This document shows, piece after piece, positions 42,946 through 52,159 of a DNA stretch of 53,023 nucleotides; position 1 is the first letter of the stretch, and every line of letters starts with the position of its first letter. A program made the position numbers and the translations under genes. The notes under the pieces are model-generated. The model saw only the letters and a program-made list of their open reading frames with translations. It did not search any database and was not told the DNA's origin. The stretch covers positions 1 to 53,023 of the forward strand of contig JAOAKE010000003.1 of assembly GCA_026413805.1 (NCBI GenBank). The letters run 5' to 3'. The stretch comes from Candidatus Micrarchaeota archaeon. Lineage in GTDB: Archaea > Micrarchaeota > Micrarchaeia > Anstonellales > Anstonellaceae.

Positions 42946-43845
42946 ATGGAGAAAAAGATAGTGACTGTCGGGCACATCGTCTATGACATACGCAACTACG
43001 TTGAAAAATTCCCTGAGCCAGACCACACCGCTGTAATGCGCATGCACCCAAAGGTTTCAGGCGGCGGCTCTGCTGCAAACGTAGCAGTCAATCTTGTGAA
43101 GCTTGGCTGGAAGTCAGGGGTGATTGGGAACGTCGGCAGCGACAGGCATGGGAAGTTCCTCCTTTCTGACTTGAAGAGGCGCGGCGTGGACACAAGCCAA
43201 GTCCGAGTATTCAACGGGATGTCAGGGCTTTCAGTGATAATAATTGACGAAGAGGGCGAGGTGCGAATAATTGAGGACTATGGGGTTGCAGACAGGCGCC
43301 GGGCAATTGACCCAAGCTACATAGCAGAATCCCGCTTCCTTCACATGAGCGGCTGCGCCTTTCACCTTCTTGACTCTGCAAGCAAGATAGCCTCAAAGCG
43401 CGGAATACCGATCTCTTTTGACCCCGGCAGGGCAGCGTCTCGGCTCGGCGAGCGCAAGCTTGCCCCAATACTGCACAGGGCAGAATACTTGATAATAAAC
43501 CGCAAGGAGCTCTTTGCAATGACTGGCTCGCGCGAAGAGGCGGCAGCAGCATGGCTTGCAAAAAAATACGACTTAATATGCGTCATAAAGCAGGGGGCGA
43601 GGGAGATAATTGTAAAAACCAAGTCGGCAGATTCATTTACAGTGGAGCCGTTTAATGTCAAGCCGGTTGACACCCTTGGCGCAGGAGATGCATTCTGCGC
43701 TGGCTTTATTGCAGGCGTGAATGAAAATCGCTCCCTTTATGAGTCAGTGCGCTTTGCAAACGCAGTTGCTGCTGCCAAGGTGCTTCGCAAGGGGGCGCAG
43801 TCTCTTCCTTCAAGGCGCTTCATTTGCAAAAGGTTCAAGCTGTGA
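42946..43845 (+). CDS. PfkB-family carbohydrate/nucleoside kinase (ribokinase-like)
   Basis: ..GGGSAANVAVNL.KLG.. near the N-terminus and ..DTLGAGDAFCAGFIAG.. near the C-terminus. Confidence 0.85.
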   Translation: MEKKIVTVGHIVYDIRNYVEKFPEPDHTAVMRMHPKVSGGGSAANVAVNLVKLGWKSGVIGNVGSDRHGKFLLSDLKRRGVDTSQVRVFNGMSGLSVIIIDEEGEVRIIEDYGVADRRRAIDPSYIAESRFLHMSGCAFHLLDSASKIASKRGIPISFDPGRAASRLGERKLAPILHRAEYLIINRKELFAMTGSREEAAAAWLAKKYDLICVIKQGAREIIVKTKSADSFTVEPFNVKPVDTLGAGDAFCAGFIAGVNENRSLYESVRFANAVAAAKVLRKGAQSLPSRRFICKRFKL

Positions 43846-43855
43846 GCTGGTGCTT

Positions 43856-44566
43856 ATGGCAAAAATAAGGCGCGTCGCAATAGTGGCAAATGAAAAAAAG
43901 CCAATAGCGCGGCAGGTGAAAAAGGCAGTTGCCCAATTTCTTGTCCAGCACAACATCAGGCCTGCTGCAAAGCCGCAGCTTGTGATTACTGTCGGCGGAG
44001 ATGGGACGGTCCTATTTTCAAAGAAATACTACGGAGTGCCTTTCTTTGCAATCGGCAGCAGCACCTCATTTATTTGCCAAGCAACCTTTCGCGACTGGAA
44101 GGAGAAGCTTTCCCGAGCCATCAGTTCATTGGAGGCTGAAAGGCGGCTGCTATTGGAAGGGCGCATTGGGAAAAAAAGGCTGCCCCTTGCCCTCAACGAA
44201 GTCGGAGTCAGAAGCCGCGAGCCAAGGATGGTTTCAATCTACCTGCGCGCCAATGGAAAGGAATTTGCCTTTCGCGCAGACGGGATAATTTTTTCCACCC
44301 CAACAGGCTCGCCGGCTTATTGCTATTCCTGCGGCGGCAGGCAGATGAAAAGGGCAGACTCCTGCTTTCAGGCAGTTGCAATTGCACCCTTCAGAAGGGC
44401 ATTTTCCCCAACGGTCCTTGGCAAGAGCACGGTATGCGAAGTAATGACAAGCGCAAGCAAGCAGCCAGATGTTTTTGTAGATGGGCAGGTTGTAGGCAGG
44501 CTGGCAAACGGGGAAAAACTCACAGTCAAGGCAAGCAAAAAGGGCTTCTACTTTGCAAAAATATAA
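43856..44566 (+). CDS. nadK: NAD kinase
   Basis: From the internal ATG: MAKIRRVAIVAN......, ..LVITVGGDGTVL.. and ..ADGIIFSTPTGS.AY..S.GG... Confidence 0.85.
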   Translation: MAKIRRVAIVANEKKPIARQVKKAVAQFLVQHNIRPAAKPQLVITVGGDGTVLFSKKYYGVPFFAIGSSTSFICQATFRDWKEKLSRAISSLEAERRLLLEGRIGKKRLPLALNEVGVRSREPRMVSIYLRANGKEFAFRADGIIFSTPTGSPAYCYSCGGRQMKRADSCFQAVAIAPFRRAFSPTVLGKSTVCEVMTSASKQPDVFVDGQVVGRLANGEKLTVKASKKGFYFAKI

Positions 44567-44579
44567 GCAGGTTTCCTAT

Positions 44580-45791
44580 TCAGGAAAGCAGCGCGCGAAG
44601 GTAAAAGAGCGGGCTTTTTGCCTTTCCTTTTGCCTCGCTTTCAACAAGCATCGTGGAAAGCTCCCTTCTTAGCCACTCGCTTTTGCCTGCCTTTCCTATT
44701 ATCAGGTCAAGCAGAAAAGAGTGCCTTCCAAGCCTTTGGAGGTTCATGCTGTTGCTTATGTCCACTTCAATTTCCTTCCACAACTCTTGGCAGTACCTTT
44801 CAAATTCGCCCTCTGGCAAGTCGCCTTCCTGCAATTTCTTCCCAATGGTCCTTGCCAATATCCTTGCGCTTTTCATCGCATTTCCTATGCCTTCCCCTGA
44901 AAAGGGGTCAACAAGGGAGGCAGCATCCCCAACCAGCGCCCAGCCATTCCCTGCGCACTTTCTTTTTGCAGAAGCAAGCGGCAGGCTCCAGCCTTTCAGC
45001 TCGCCTTGGAGGCTTGCTTTCTCAAACCTGCCTTTAAACCTCTTGTTTTTCATGCAGTCTTGGAGCACCTTCCACAGGTTCAGCTTCTTTTTCTGCAGGT
45101 CCAAGACAAGCATTCCCACCCCTATGTTTGCCTCGTGCGATGAGAGAGGGAAAACCCAAAAATATCCTGGCATGCATTCGGGAAGAAAATGGACTTCTAT
45201 CTCCCTGCCCAGCCCTTCAACATTTGAGTAATAGCCACGAACTGCGCTGCAAAGGTGCTCTGCCCTTACAAAAGCAGCGCCGACCTTTCTTGCCACCACA
45301 GAATTTGCCCCATCAGCGCCGACTATCAGCTTGGCGTAATAGTTTTTTGCCTCTCCCATCTGGTCTTTTGAGCAAACTCCCACTGCCCGCTCGCCCTCAA
45401 ATATCACATCTACAACCTCTTCGCCTTCAATTGCAGTGCACACTTGCTTGGCATGGGAAAACAAAATGCTGTCAAGCTCGGCCCTCTTGCAGACAAACCC
45501 GCCTTCTTCTCCCTCTCCAATCTTTGCAAAATGCCCAGAAGGAGAGGAGAATATTATTCCGCCGCTGCGCAGAAACGCCTTCTTTGAAATTTTTTCCCGC
45601 AGGCCAAGCTCGTCAATTACTGCAAGCGCCTTTGCCCCAAGCGCATCGCCGCATGGCTTGTCCCTTGGGAATTTTTCCTTTTCCAAAAGCAAGACTCGTG
45701 CGCCCCTTTTTGCCAAAAGGGCAGCACAGCACGAGCCAGCCGGCCCTCCGCCAACAACCACAGCGTCAAATACATTTTCCGAAGCATCCAT
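44580..45791 (-). CDS. geranylgeranyl reductase family FAD-dependent oxidoreductase
   Basis: ..FDAVVVGGGPAGSCCAALLAKRGARVLLLEKEKFPRDKPCGDAL.. and a later ..GDAA...DP.SGEGI..A... Length about 400 aa. Confidence 0.85.
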   Translation of the reverse strand: MDASENVFDAVVVGGGPAGSCCAALLAKRGARVLLLEKEKFPRDKPCGDALGAKALAVIDELGLREKISKKAFLRSGGIIFSSPSGHFAKIGEGEEGGFVCKRAELDSILFSHAKQVCTAIEGEEVVDVIFEGERAVGVCSKDQMGEAKNYYAKLIVGADGANSVVARKVGAAFVRAEHLCSAVRGYYSNVEGLGREIEVHFLPECMPGYFWVFPLSSHEANIGVGMLVLDLQKKKLNLWKVLQDCMKNKRFKGRFEKASLQGELKGWSLPLASAKRKCAGNGWALVGDAASLVDPFSGEGIGNAMKSARILARTIGKKLQEGDLPEGEFERYCQELWKEIEVDISNSMNLQRLGRHSFLLDLIIGKAGKSEWLRRELSTMLVESEAKGKAKSPLFYLRALLS

Positions 45792-45816
45792 TTTGCAGCC
45801 CCCCCTTTTTATCCTG

Positions 45817-45839
45817 CACAACTATATAAATAAGTTGTG
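45817..45839. promoter_or_regulatory. inverted repeat CACAACT-ATATAAATA-AGTTGTG enclosing a TATA-like box in a 74 nt divergent intergenic region
   Basis: Perfect 7 bp arms flank ATATAAATA, between the GGR-like gene (minus) and the 45866 gene (plus). Confidence 0.35.
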
Positions 45840-45865
45840 TTAAAAAAATAAGAAATAGGTAATAA

Positions 45866-46480
45866 GTGGCGCAGGTGGGATTTGTGCAAAAAGCAGCAGT
45901 TGCCTTAATTTTTTTTGCAAGCCTGCTCTATCCTTCCCCAGAAGATAAAATCCTGTTTTCGCAAAACATATCCTATACAGGCGGCTTTGCAAGGGAGTTT
46001 GCAGTCTATTCCCCTCTGCCTCAATTTAGCGCCACTCCAAGCCCATACACCAAAATAGTTGTTTCTTACACTAATGGCAAAGAGCCCCTGCAAGACGTGG
46101 TATTATACGAGCAAATCCCGCCCTCAATAACCCGCTACAGAAGCAGGATTTTCTTCCAAGATGCCCCGGCAGTGATATCGGCGCAGGAGAATGTTTCTTT
46201 TGGGTGGCGCATTCGTTCACTTGCACCTGGCGAGAGCGTCAGCTTCACCTATTTTATAAACAGCCAGCTGGATGAAAAAATGATGAGGAAGTTTGGAAGG
46301 CCCCAAATACAGCCTGCAAACAATTCTTCGGCAGCCACACAAGAGCCAAAAGAAAACCCAATTGCAGCTGCCATGCTCTCCTTGCCGTATGGGCTGGAAC
46401 AAATCCTTTTGGCAGCTGCTGTCTTGTTTGTATTGATTTTTCTTATAGTGCTTGCCCGCTCAATAAAAGTGGTCCGGTAA
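45866..46480 (+). CDS. secreted protein with a C-terminal TM anchor, unknown function
   Basis: GTG start, N-terminal hydrophobic segment AAVALIFFASLLY, C-terminal LLAAAVLFVLIFLIVLA-RSIKVVR. Confidence 0.5.
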   Translation: MAQVGFVQKAAVALIFFASLLYPSPEDKILFSQNISYTGGFAREFAVYSPLPQFSATPSPYTKIVVSYTNGKEPLQDVVLYEQIPPSITRYRSRIFFQDAPAVISAQENVSFGWRIRSLAPGESVSFTYFINSQLDEKMMRKFGRPQIQPANNSSAATQEPKENPIAAAMLSLPYGLEQILLAAAVLFVLIFLIVLARSIKVVR

Positions 46481-46490
46481 GCCTGCTGCC

Positions 46491-46955
46491 TTATTCTCTC
46501 TCGTCTTTTGAGTAGGTGAATTTTCCAAGCAGCCTCTCATACGAGAATATTTCATCTTCCTTGAAAAACCGCTCTATCTCCTTTTTCGCAGTTTCCTTTG
46601 AGTCAGAGGCGTGAATTATGTTGCACTGGGTAGAAAGGGCAAAGTCGCCTCGGATGGTTCCATTCTCAGCATTCCTTGCGTTTGTGGCACCGCACATTTT
46701 CCGCACTATTTCAACAGCGTCCTTGCCCTCAATTATTGCGACAACAACAGGAGAAGAGGACATGAATTCTACCAAGGATTCAAAAAACGGCTTTCCTTTC
46801 AAGTGGGCATAGTGCTCTTCAAGAAGCCTTCTTGAAAGCCTCATCATCTTCATGGCGGCGATTTGAAAGCCCCTTCGCTCAAACCTCTCAAGCACAGCAC
46901 CGCAAAGGCCCCTCTGGACGCAGTCAGGCTTGAGTATGATAAGTGTGCGCTCCAT
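46491..46955 (-). CDS. ndk: nucleoside diphosphate kinase
   Basis: MERTLIILKPD.VQRGL.G.VL.RFE.RGF.I.AMK......., ..NIIHASDS.. (active-site His). Confidence 0.95.
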   Translation of the reverse strand: MERTLIILKPDCVQRGLCGAVLERFERRGFQIAAMKMMRLSRRLLEEHYAHLKGKPFFESLVEFMSSSPVVVAIIEGKDAVEIVRKMCGATNARNAENGTIRGDFALSTQCNIIHASDSKETAKKEIERFFKEDEIFSYERLLGKFTYSKDERE

Positions 46956-46959
46956 AAGG

Positions 46960-47235
46960 CTACGCCCCCTGCTTCTTCTCCTGCGCTGCCTTTTTTTCAG
47001 CCAGCTTTTGCTCTATGTCCTTGGCAAGCGCAGATTCCTTCTTTTCCACTTCCTTTTTCTCGCTGGACAGGACAAAGCCCTTGCTCGTCCATTTTACAAG
47101 CCTGCCTTCCCTTTTCAGCTTTATCTGGTTTGCTTTGCACTTTGAAGAGCAGAAAGGAAGCGCAGTCCCATCTTTGAGGACATAAAGCTCTCCTGTCCCT
47201 CTTGGGATTTCATTGTTGCAAAAAGCACAATACAT
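46960..47235 (-). CDS. rpl24e: 50S ribosomal protein L24e with a KE-rich tail
   Basis: MYCAFCNNEIPRGTGELYVLKDGTALPFCSSKCKANQIKLKR..R.VKWT is L24e. About 30 extra charged residues follow. Confidence 0.9.
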   Translation of the reverse strand: MYCAFCNNEIPRGTGELYVLKDGTALPFCSSKCKANQIKLKREGRLVKWTSKGFVLSSEKKEVEKKESALAKDIEQKLAEKKAAQEKKQGA

Positions 47236-47247
47236 ATTACCAGCCCA

Positions 47248-47463
47248 TCACTTTGCCTTTATCTCTTTTGCTTCCCGCTCAGTTTCAAGGAGCAGTATTA
47301 TGTCGCCTTTTTTCACAGGCCCCTTGACATTTCGCCTTATCACTCGCCCCTTGTCTTTGCCCTCAAGTATCTTGCACATTACTTGGTATATCTCCCCGTG
47401 GATGCCGGTCTTTACAATTACTTCCACCACCTCCACTGGGGTTGCATCCTGAGCTATTGCCAT
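47248..47463 (-). CDS. rps28e: 30S ribosomal protein S28e
   Basis: From the internal ATG: [66 protein letters not shown]. Confidence 0.9.
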   Translation of the reverse strand: MAIAQDATPVEVVEVIVKTGIHGEIYQVMCKILEGKDKGRVIRRNVKGPVKKGDIILLLETEREAKEIKAK

Positions 47464-47480
47464 GAAAACACCGCTTTTTG

Positions 47481-48014
47481 TCAAGCACCTTCAACAGGCA
47501 CCTTCTTTTCCTTTTTCGGCCTTGGCTCTTTTTGGGGCTTCTTTTCCTTCTTTGGCTTTTCTGCAGCCTTCTCTTTTTTCTCTTCGGGCTTTTCCTGAGG
47601 CTGAGCCTGGGCCTGTTTGCCTTCAGCCTCCTTTTTCTCCTCTTTCTTGGGGAAGAATTTAGCGAGCTTTTCAGCTATTCCCTTTACAAGCTCGGCTGCA
47701 TTGCCTGGCTTTTCAATTGCCACGGCAGCAGAAGGCACAGACAGGCCTGCTGCAGCCCCAAGCTCTTTCTTGGTTGGAACATAGCAGTATGGGACATTTT
47801 TTTCCTCGCAGATGATGGGAAGGTGCATTACCACCTCTTCCGGGTCAACATCCTCGGCAATCACCACCAGCGCAGCATTTCCTCCTTCAATTGCCTTGGT
47901 GGTTTCATTTGCCCCCTTTCTAACCCTGCCTGTGTCAGCAGCCACAGTGATTGCCTCAAGCGCCTTTGCCTGGACATCCTTTGGCGTTTCAAATTTGACA
48001 TATGACTTTGCCAT
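47481..48014 (-). CDS. rpl7ae: 50S ribosomal protein L7Ae with a ~55 aa Lys/Glu/Pro-rich C-terminal extension
   Basis: [12 protein letters not shown]....[51 protein letters not shown] is L7Ae. The tail is [49 protein letters not shown]. Confidence 0.9.
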   Translation of the reverse strand: MAKSYVKFETPKDVQAKALEAITVAADTGRVRKGANETTKAIEGGNAALVVIAEDVDPEEVVMHLPIICEEKNVPYCYVPTKKELGAAAGLSVPSAAVAIEKPGNAAELVKGIAEKLAKFFPKKEEKKEAEGKQAQAQPQEKPEEKKEKAAEKPKKEKKPQKEPRPKKEKKVPVEGA

Positions 48015-48064
48015 GCCTTTCACCTCGCCCTTTTAGGGCTCATAGGCTCTTTTTCAAAAAGAGC
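48015..48064 (-). promoter_or_regulatory. structured 5' leader of the L7Ae mRNA: 19 nt palindrome plus a K-turn-like internal loop containing the SD sequence
   Basis: The mRNA reads GCUCUUUUUGAAAAAGAGC, then GCCU-AUGA-GCCC-UAAAA-GGGC-GAGGUGAA-AGGC-AUG. Both strands of the internal loop carry GA dinucleotides next to the GCCC:GGGC stem. A TATA-like element lies at 48089-48100. Confidence 0.3.
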
Positions 48065-48113
48065 GCTTTTCCTTTTAAGGCAAACCATTTTATAAATTTA
48101 TCTCAAATAAACC

Positions 48114-49286
48114 TTGGTGGTTTTCTTGAAAAAAATATCTCTTTTGCTTTCGCTTGCTGTTTTTCTGCTTCTTTTTGGCTGCACCATAAAAATTGACACG
48201 CAGCAGGAGATAAAAAAAGACGGCAAGGCCTATGTGAGGCAGGCCATTGACATATCCTCCCTTTTAAATTACACAGCCAGCCTTGGCGGCATTTATGGGG
48301 CAAGAGGCGAAGAAGAGCCTGACTATTCATATTCCCCGCAGGCCTATTCCAATTATCCTTCCTTTGAGTCGCAAAAGATTGAGCTTACCTATTCGCCATC
48401 AGATCTTAAAGAGCTCAGGGTAGGGGGTTCTGCCTCTCTTTCAATGTCGGTGAAGAACCTCGGTGAAGACCTCTCTTCGCTGAATATATATGTAAAAAGC
48501 AAGGCGCTGGTGCCGTCTTACTCCGGCTCGCTTGATGAGTTTGTCGGGGGCCTTAAAAAAAGAGAATCTCAAAACATATTTCTCAGCGGCGAAATAGCCA
48601 ATGTTTCGCCAGGCACCTACGAGTTCACAGTGATTGCAGAGTTTGACAGGGGCAGCCAAAAAGAGCTGAAGGCTGCCAAGACCTTCACCTTTGAGGTAAG
48701 GGAAAAGAAGGACGAACTTGCCGAATTGGACAAAACATACCAAGAACTGTGCGCCAACTACACGCGAAAAGACCCTGCGCTAAAATGCTCCTACAACAAC
48801 GGGATATTTAAGCTTGAAAAAGAGATTTCCCCTGATGGCGACACCTACAAGTTTGAAAAGAAAGAAGGCCTTTTTGAAACCACTTACGAGGCAGAAATCT
48901 CCATGCTGCCGCAGCTTGTAAAAGAGGAGAGTTCTTCCACGCCTTCGCTTAGCTCACGCCAAAAGAGGTTCAGCGAAGGGCTGGGCCAAGACCTGTCCTC
49001 TGCATCCTCACTCTTCCAGTTTGACTACACTATAAAGATGCCTGCCAAGATAACAAGCGCCCCGAACGGGAAAATATCTGACGACAAAACCAGCGTCACT
49101 TACGATGTCCTGAAGCTGTATGAGAAAAAGGAAAACATCCGCATAGTCGCTGTTGAGGAGAACGAAACGAACAAGATGATTGCATTTGGCGCGATAGGGG
49201 TGGTGGCCATCGCACTGGTTGGCGGGGCAGCATACCTGCTGTTGAGAAATAGGCCTGAGCAGCCTCCCTCCCAGCCCATGCAGTAA
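48114..49286 (+). CDS. lipoprotein-like surface protein with a C-terminal TM anchor
   Basis: N-terminus ..KKISLLLSLAVFLLLFGC (lipobox-like). C-terminal MIAFGAIGVVAIALVGGAAYLLL-RNRPEQPP. The start may be TTG 48123. Confidence 0.6.
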   Translation: MVVFLKKISLLLSLAVFLLLFGCTIKIDTQQEIKKDGKAYVRQAIDISSLLNYTASLGGIYGARGEEEPDYSYSPQAYSNYPSFESQKIELTYSPSDLKELRVGGSASLSMSVKNLGEDLSSLNIYVKSKALVPSYSGSLDEFVGGLKKRESQNIFLSGEIANVSPGTYEFTVIAEFDRGSQKELKAAKTFTFEVREKKDELAELDKTYQELCANYTRKDPALKCSYNNGIFKLEKEISPDGDTYKFEKKEGLFETTYEAEISMLPQLVKEESSSTPSLSSRQKRFSEGLGQDLSSASSLFQFDYTIKMPAKITSAPNGKISDDKTSVTYDVLKLYEKKENIRIVAVEENETNKMIAFGAIGVVAIALVGGAAYLLLRNRPEQPPSQPMQ

Positions 49287-49323
49287 ATCCCCTTTTTATT
49301 CTTTTTTCTCCATTCCCTAAAGC

Positions 49324-50799
49324 GTGGGAGGGAGCAAAAGCATCCAGGTTTCTCGCTGCATGAGCACCCAGCACCCAGACAACGTCAATTCGCCGTTCTT
49401 TTCTGAAAGCGAAATTCTTGCAGGCGAGACTGAGATAAAGGAAGCCTACTATGTCTTTTCCCACCTTGCAATACGCGAGCAGATGTGGGACTGCGAGGGC
49501 AAGGAAAATGACAACTACGTTGTTGAAAAGCTTCTTTCAAGGTATTCAAAGTTTTTCTCAGAGAACAAGCTTGGGCAGGACTGCTTTCTTACCCTGCGAG
49601 TGCCAAACCCAGCTGTGGAGAAAACGCAAGGAAAGGTCCTTCTTGAAACGCTTGAGTCAATCCCTCGCCACTTTGACGTTGCAAATGTATCTGGAGAGGG
49701 AATAGCCCCGATTTGGGAGGTCATAGTGCCGATGTGCACCTCTTCTGCACAGCTGGAGCAGGTCTATCAATACTACAAAAAAATAGTGGTCGGAAAGAAA
49801 AGCACGCAGGTTGGGGGCATTACGGTTGAAGAGTGGGTAGGAAAATTCTTCCCAGAGGAGATAAGCGCAATCCCGCTTGTTGAGGACCGCCAATCGCTTG
49901 CAGGCGCAGACAGGATAGTTGAAGGCTACATACAAGGGAAAAATTTAGAATACCAGCGGGTTTTTCTTGCCCGCTCTGACCCCGCGCTAAACTACGGCGC
50001 GCTTGCAGCAGTCCTATTAAACAAGCTCTGCCTGCAGAAGCTGCACGCCCTTGAAAAGAAAACCTCGGTCGAGATACTCCCAATCATCGGGGTGGGAAGC
50101 GCACCGTTTCGCGGGAATTTAAAGCCGACAAACACCCAAAACTGCCTCAAAGAATACCCCTCGGTGCAGACATTTACCTTGCAGTCCTCTTTCAAATATG
50201 ACTACCCTGAAAGCGTGGTGCGAAGCGCAGTGCAGGAAATAAGCGAGACGAAGAGGGGCAAGCCGCTTTTTGTTGACGAGCATTCCATAAGCAGCATAAT
50301 TGACAAGGTAATAGCCCAATACCAAAAAGAGGTGTCTGCCCTTTCCTCAATCATCCAGCACCTTTCAAGGTACACGCCTGCGCGCAGGGCAAGAAGGCTT
50401 CATATAGGGTTGTTTGGCTATTCGCGTTCAATGGGAGGGATATCCCTCCCGCGCGCCATCCCGTTCTGCGCCTCTCTTTACTCAATCGGGGTTCCGCCAG
50501 AGCTTTTGGGGCTTTCAGCGCTCTCTGAGCGAGAGCTTGACTTGGTTCGGACAATGTATCTCGCATTTGACGAGGACATATCTGATGCCACAAGGTATCT
50601 TTGCATGGAGAACCTTGGCAAGCTTCCAGCAGGTATTGGCAAGAGAATCGAAGGGGTTCTTTCGCATTTTGAGTGCCAGCCAGACTCGGGCTATTCGCAG
50701 GCAGCAGCCGATGTCATGGATGTTCTGCTCTCTGAAAACCGCTCCAACCTGACAGACCTAATTTTAAGGACCGCGTGGAAGCGAAACTTTTTGGGGTAG
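49324..50799 (+). CDS. ppcA: archaeal-type phosphoenolpyruvate carboxylase
   Basis: N-terminal ..MSTQHPDNV.. motif and a length of about 490 aa are characteristic of the archaeal PEPC family (PEPcase_2). GTG 49324 or ATG 49360 start. Confidence 0.8.
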   Translation: MGGSKSIQVSRCMSTQHPDNVNSPFFSESEILAGETEIKEAYYVFSHLAIREQMWDCEGKENDNYVVEKLLSRYSKFFSENKLGQDCFLTLRVPNPAVEKTQGKVLLETLESIPRHFDVANVSGEGIAPIWEVIVPMCTSSAQLEQVYQYYKKIVVGKKSTQVGGITVEEWVGKFFPEEISAIPLVEDRQSLAGADRIVEGYIQGKNLEYQRVFLARSDPALNYGALAAVLLNKLCLQKLHALEKKTSVEILPIIGVGSAPFRGNLKPTNTQNCLKEYPSVQTFTLQSSFKYDYPESVVRSAVQEISETKRGKPLFVDEHSISSIIDKVIAQYQKEVSALSSIIQHLSRYTPARRARRLHIGLFGYSRSMGGISLPRAIPFCASLYSIGVPPELLGLSALSERELDLVRTMYLAFDEDISDATRYLCMENLGKLPAGIGKRIEGVLSHFECQPDSGYSQAAADVMDVLLSENRSNLTDLILRTAWKRNFLG

Positions 50800-50804
50800 G
50801 CTTT

Positions 50805-51158
50805 ATGGCAGGGAAAAAGGAAAGGCAGCCCAATTTCCTTGCAGCCTATCGCAAGCACTCCCTTGCCTTCTTTCCCCCCAGCCTTTTAAGCGGGAATTTG
50901 GAAAGCCGCAAGGGAAGAATAGTCCTTTTTGGGAAAAGCCGCCGAGAGCTCGAAAAGGTTCGCAGGCAGCTAATTCCCAAAATCAACTCATTTTTCCTGT
51001 CAAACCCAAGCGCCGTAGATGACACGCGCCTGGTTTTTCAGGCAAAGGAAAAAAGGTTGGCTTATGAAAAGGAAGGCAGGCGGGTGAAGCTGACAATTTG
51101 GGTGGAAATTGAGCTTTCAGACTCCTTGCCATGCTGCTGCCATCCTGCCTGCAAATGA
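50805..51158 (+). CDS. hypothetical protein
   Basis: 117 aa from the internal ATG. No motif recognised. Cys-rich C-terminus ..LPCCCHPACK. Confidence 0.4.
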   Translation: MAGKKERQPNFLAAYRKHSLAFFPPSLLSGNLESRKGRIVLFGKSRRELEKVRRQLIPKINSFFLSNPSAVDDTRLVFQAKEKRLAYEKEGRRVKLTIWVEIELSDSLPCCCHPACK

Positions 51159-51262
51159 TTTGCAAGGCACAGCCGTTCACCATCTTCAACAGGGATTTTC
51201 CCTGCCTTGCAACTTAAATATTTTTATCCAATTCGGATAACAACTAATCAAGGAGTGATTGC

Positions 51263-51745
51263 ATGCATGCCAGCAACAATTCTAAAGTCTCAAATTACAA
51301 AAGAAAGATAAACAAAATAGTCGGGCCCCACTCAACAGAGCAAATAGTAAGGGCAATCCAAGAAATCAACTGTAAAATAGACCAAAGGATACGCGCGGAA
51401 TTAAAGGAGGGCTTGGCTGCTGTGAGCAGGGTGAAGGAAGGGGAGAAAGCCAAAGAAGGGCAAGCAGAAGGCCAACCAACTAGAGAGGCGCCTGCACACA
51501 AGTCCCTGGCTTATGAGGAATTCATGCGCATAATGGGCCAGGCATTAGATGAGAAAAACAGGGTGGTTGAAAAGTTTGCAAACGAGGTTGCAACAACGCA
51601 TTTCGGGAATGGGAAATCTTTGTTTTCCCGGCTGACTGGAAAGGCGCAGAAGAGGGCGAAGCTGGTATTTTACATAAAAATGCTTGGCTATAACCTGCCA
51701 GAGGCAAAAAGCCAAGATGAATTCACAAAAGAGCAAAAAGAATAA
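51263..51745 (+). CDS. hypothetical protein
   Basis: 160 aa ORF behind an AAGGAG SD sequence. No motif recognised. An inverted repeat TTATCC-N5-GGATAA lies upstream at 51224-51240. Confidence 0.45.
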   Translation: MHASNNSKVSNYKRKINKIVGPHSTEQIVRAIQEINCKIDQRIRAELKEGLAAVSRVKEGEKAKEGQAEGQPTREAPAHKSLAYEEFMRIMGQALDEKNRVVEKFANEVATTHFGNGKSLFSRLTGKAQKRAKLVFYIKMLGYNLPEAKSQDEFTKEQKE

Positions 51746-51762
51746 CAAGCTTCGGCGTCAGG

Positions 51763-51770
51763 TTTATAAA
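51763..51770 (+). promoter_or_regulatory. TATA-box-like element, candidate promoter of the 23S rRNA transcription unit
   Basis: TTTATAAA lies 18 nt after the stop of the upstream CDS and about 390 nt before the mature 23S 5' region. Confidence 0.35.
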
Positions 51771-52159
51771 CCCAACCCTGCTAATAAAGAGCCGCACGGA
51801 AATCGCAAGCACGAAGCCGTGCAAAATCGCCTGATCTGGGCGACATCAGCGCCGGGCGCTTGCCTGGATGCGATGGATGCGCAAAACACACAACCCCTAT
51901 TACCTTCCACCGAAGATGCCCCTGCGCTTTTCGGGATGAAGGAAGACCAAGAAGGTCGCTATTTCTCCGGGTTGGAAATGCCATGCTCATAAGTTCATTA
52001 TGAGGCACGTCCCCCTTTTTGGGGGAGTGCGGCCCTTCCAAGATGCTGGAGGGCCAACTTGCGCGCGGATGGTGAAGGCAGCGGATTTGTGAAGCTGCCT
52101 GAGTTTGCACGCATTTCACGAGTATGAAGAGAGCGACTGATACTCACAAGAGTTCCAAG

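Noticed and set aside
47478-48005. 175 aa plus-strand ORF
   Set aside because: It lies antisense to L7Ae. Its Leu/Phe-rich translation comes from the complement of the Lys/Glu codons.
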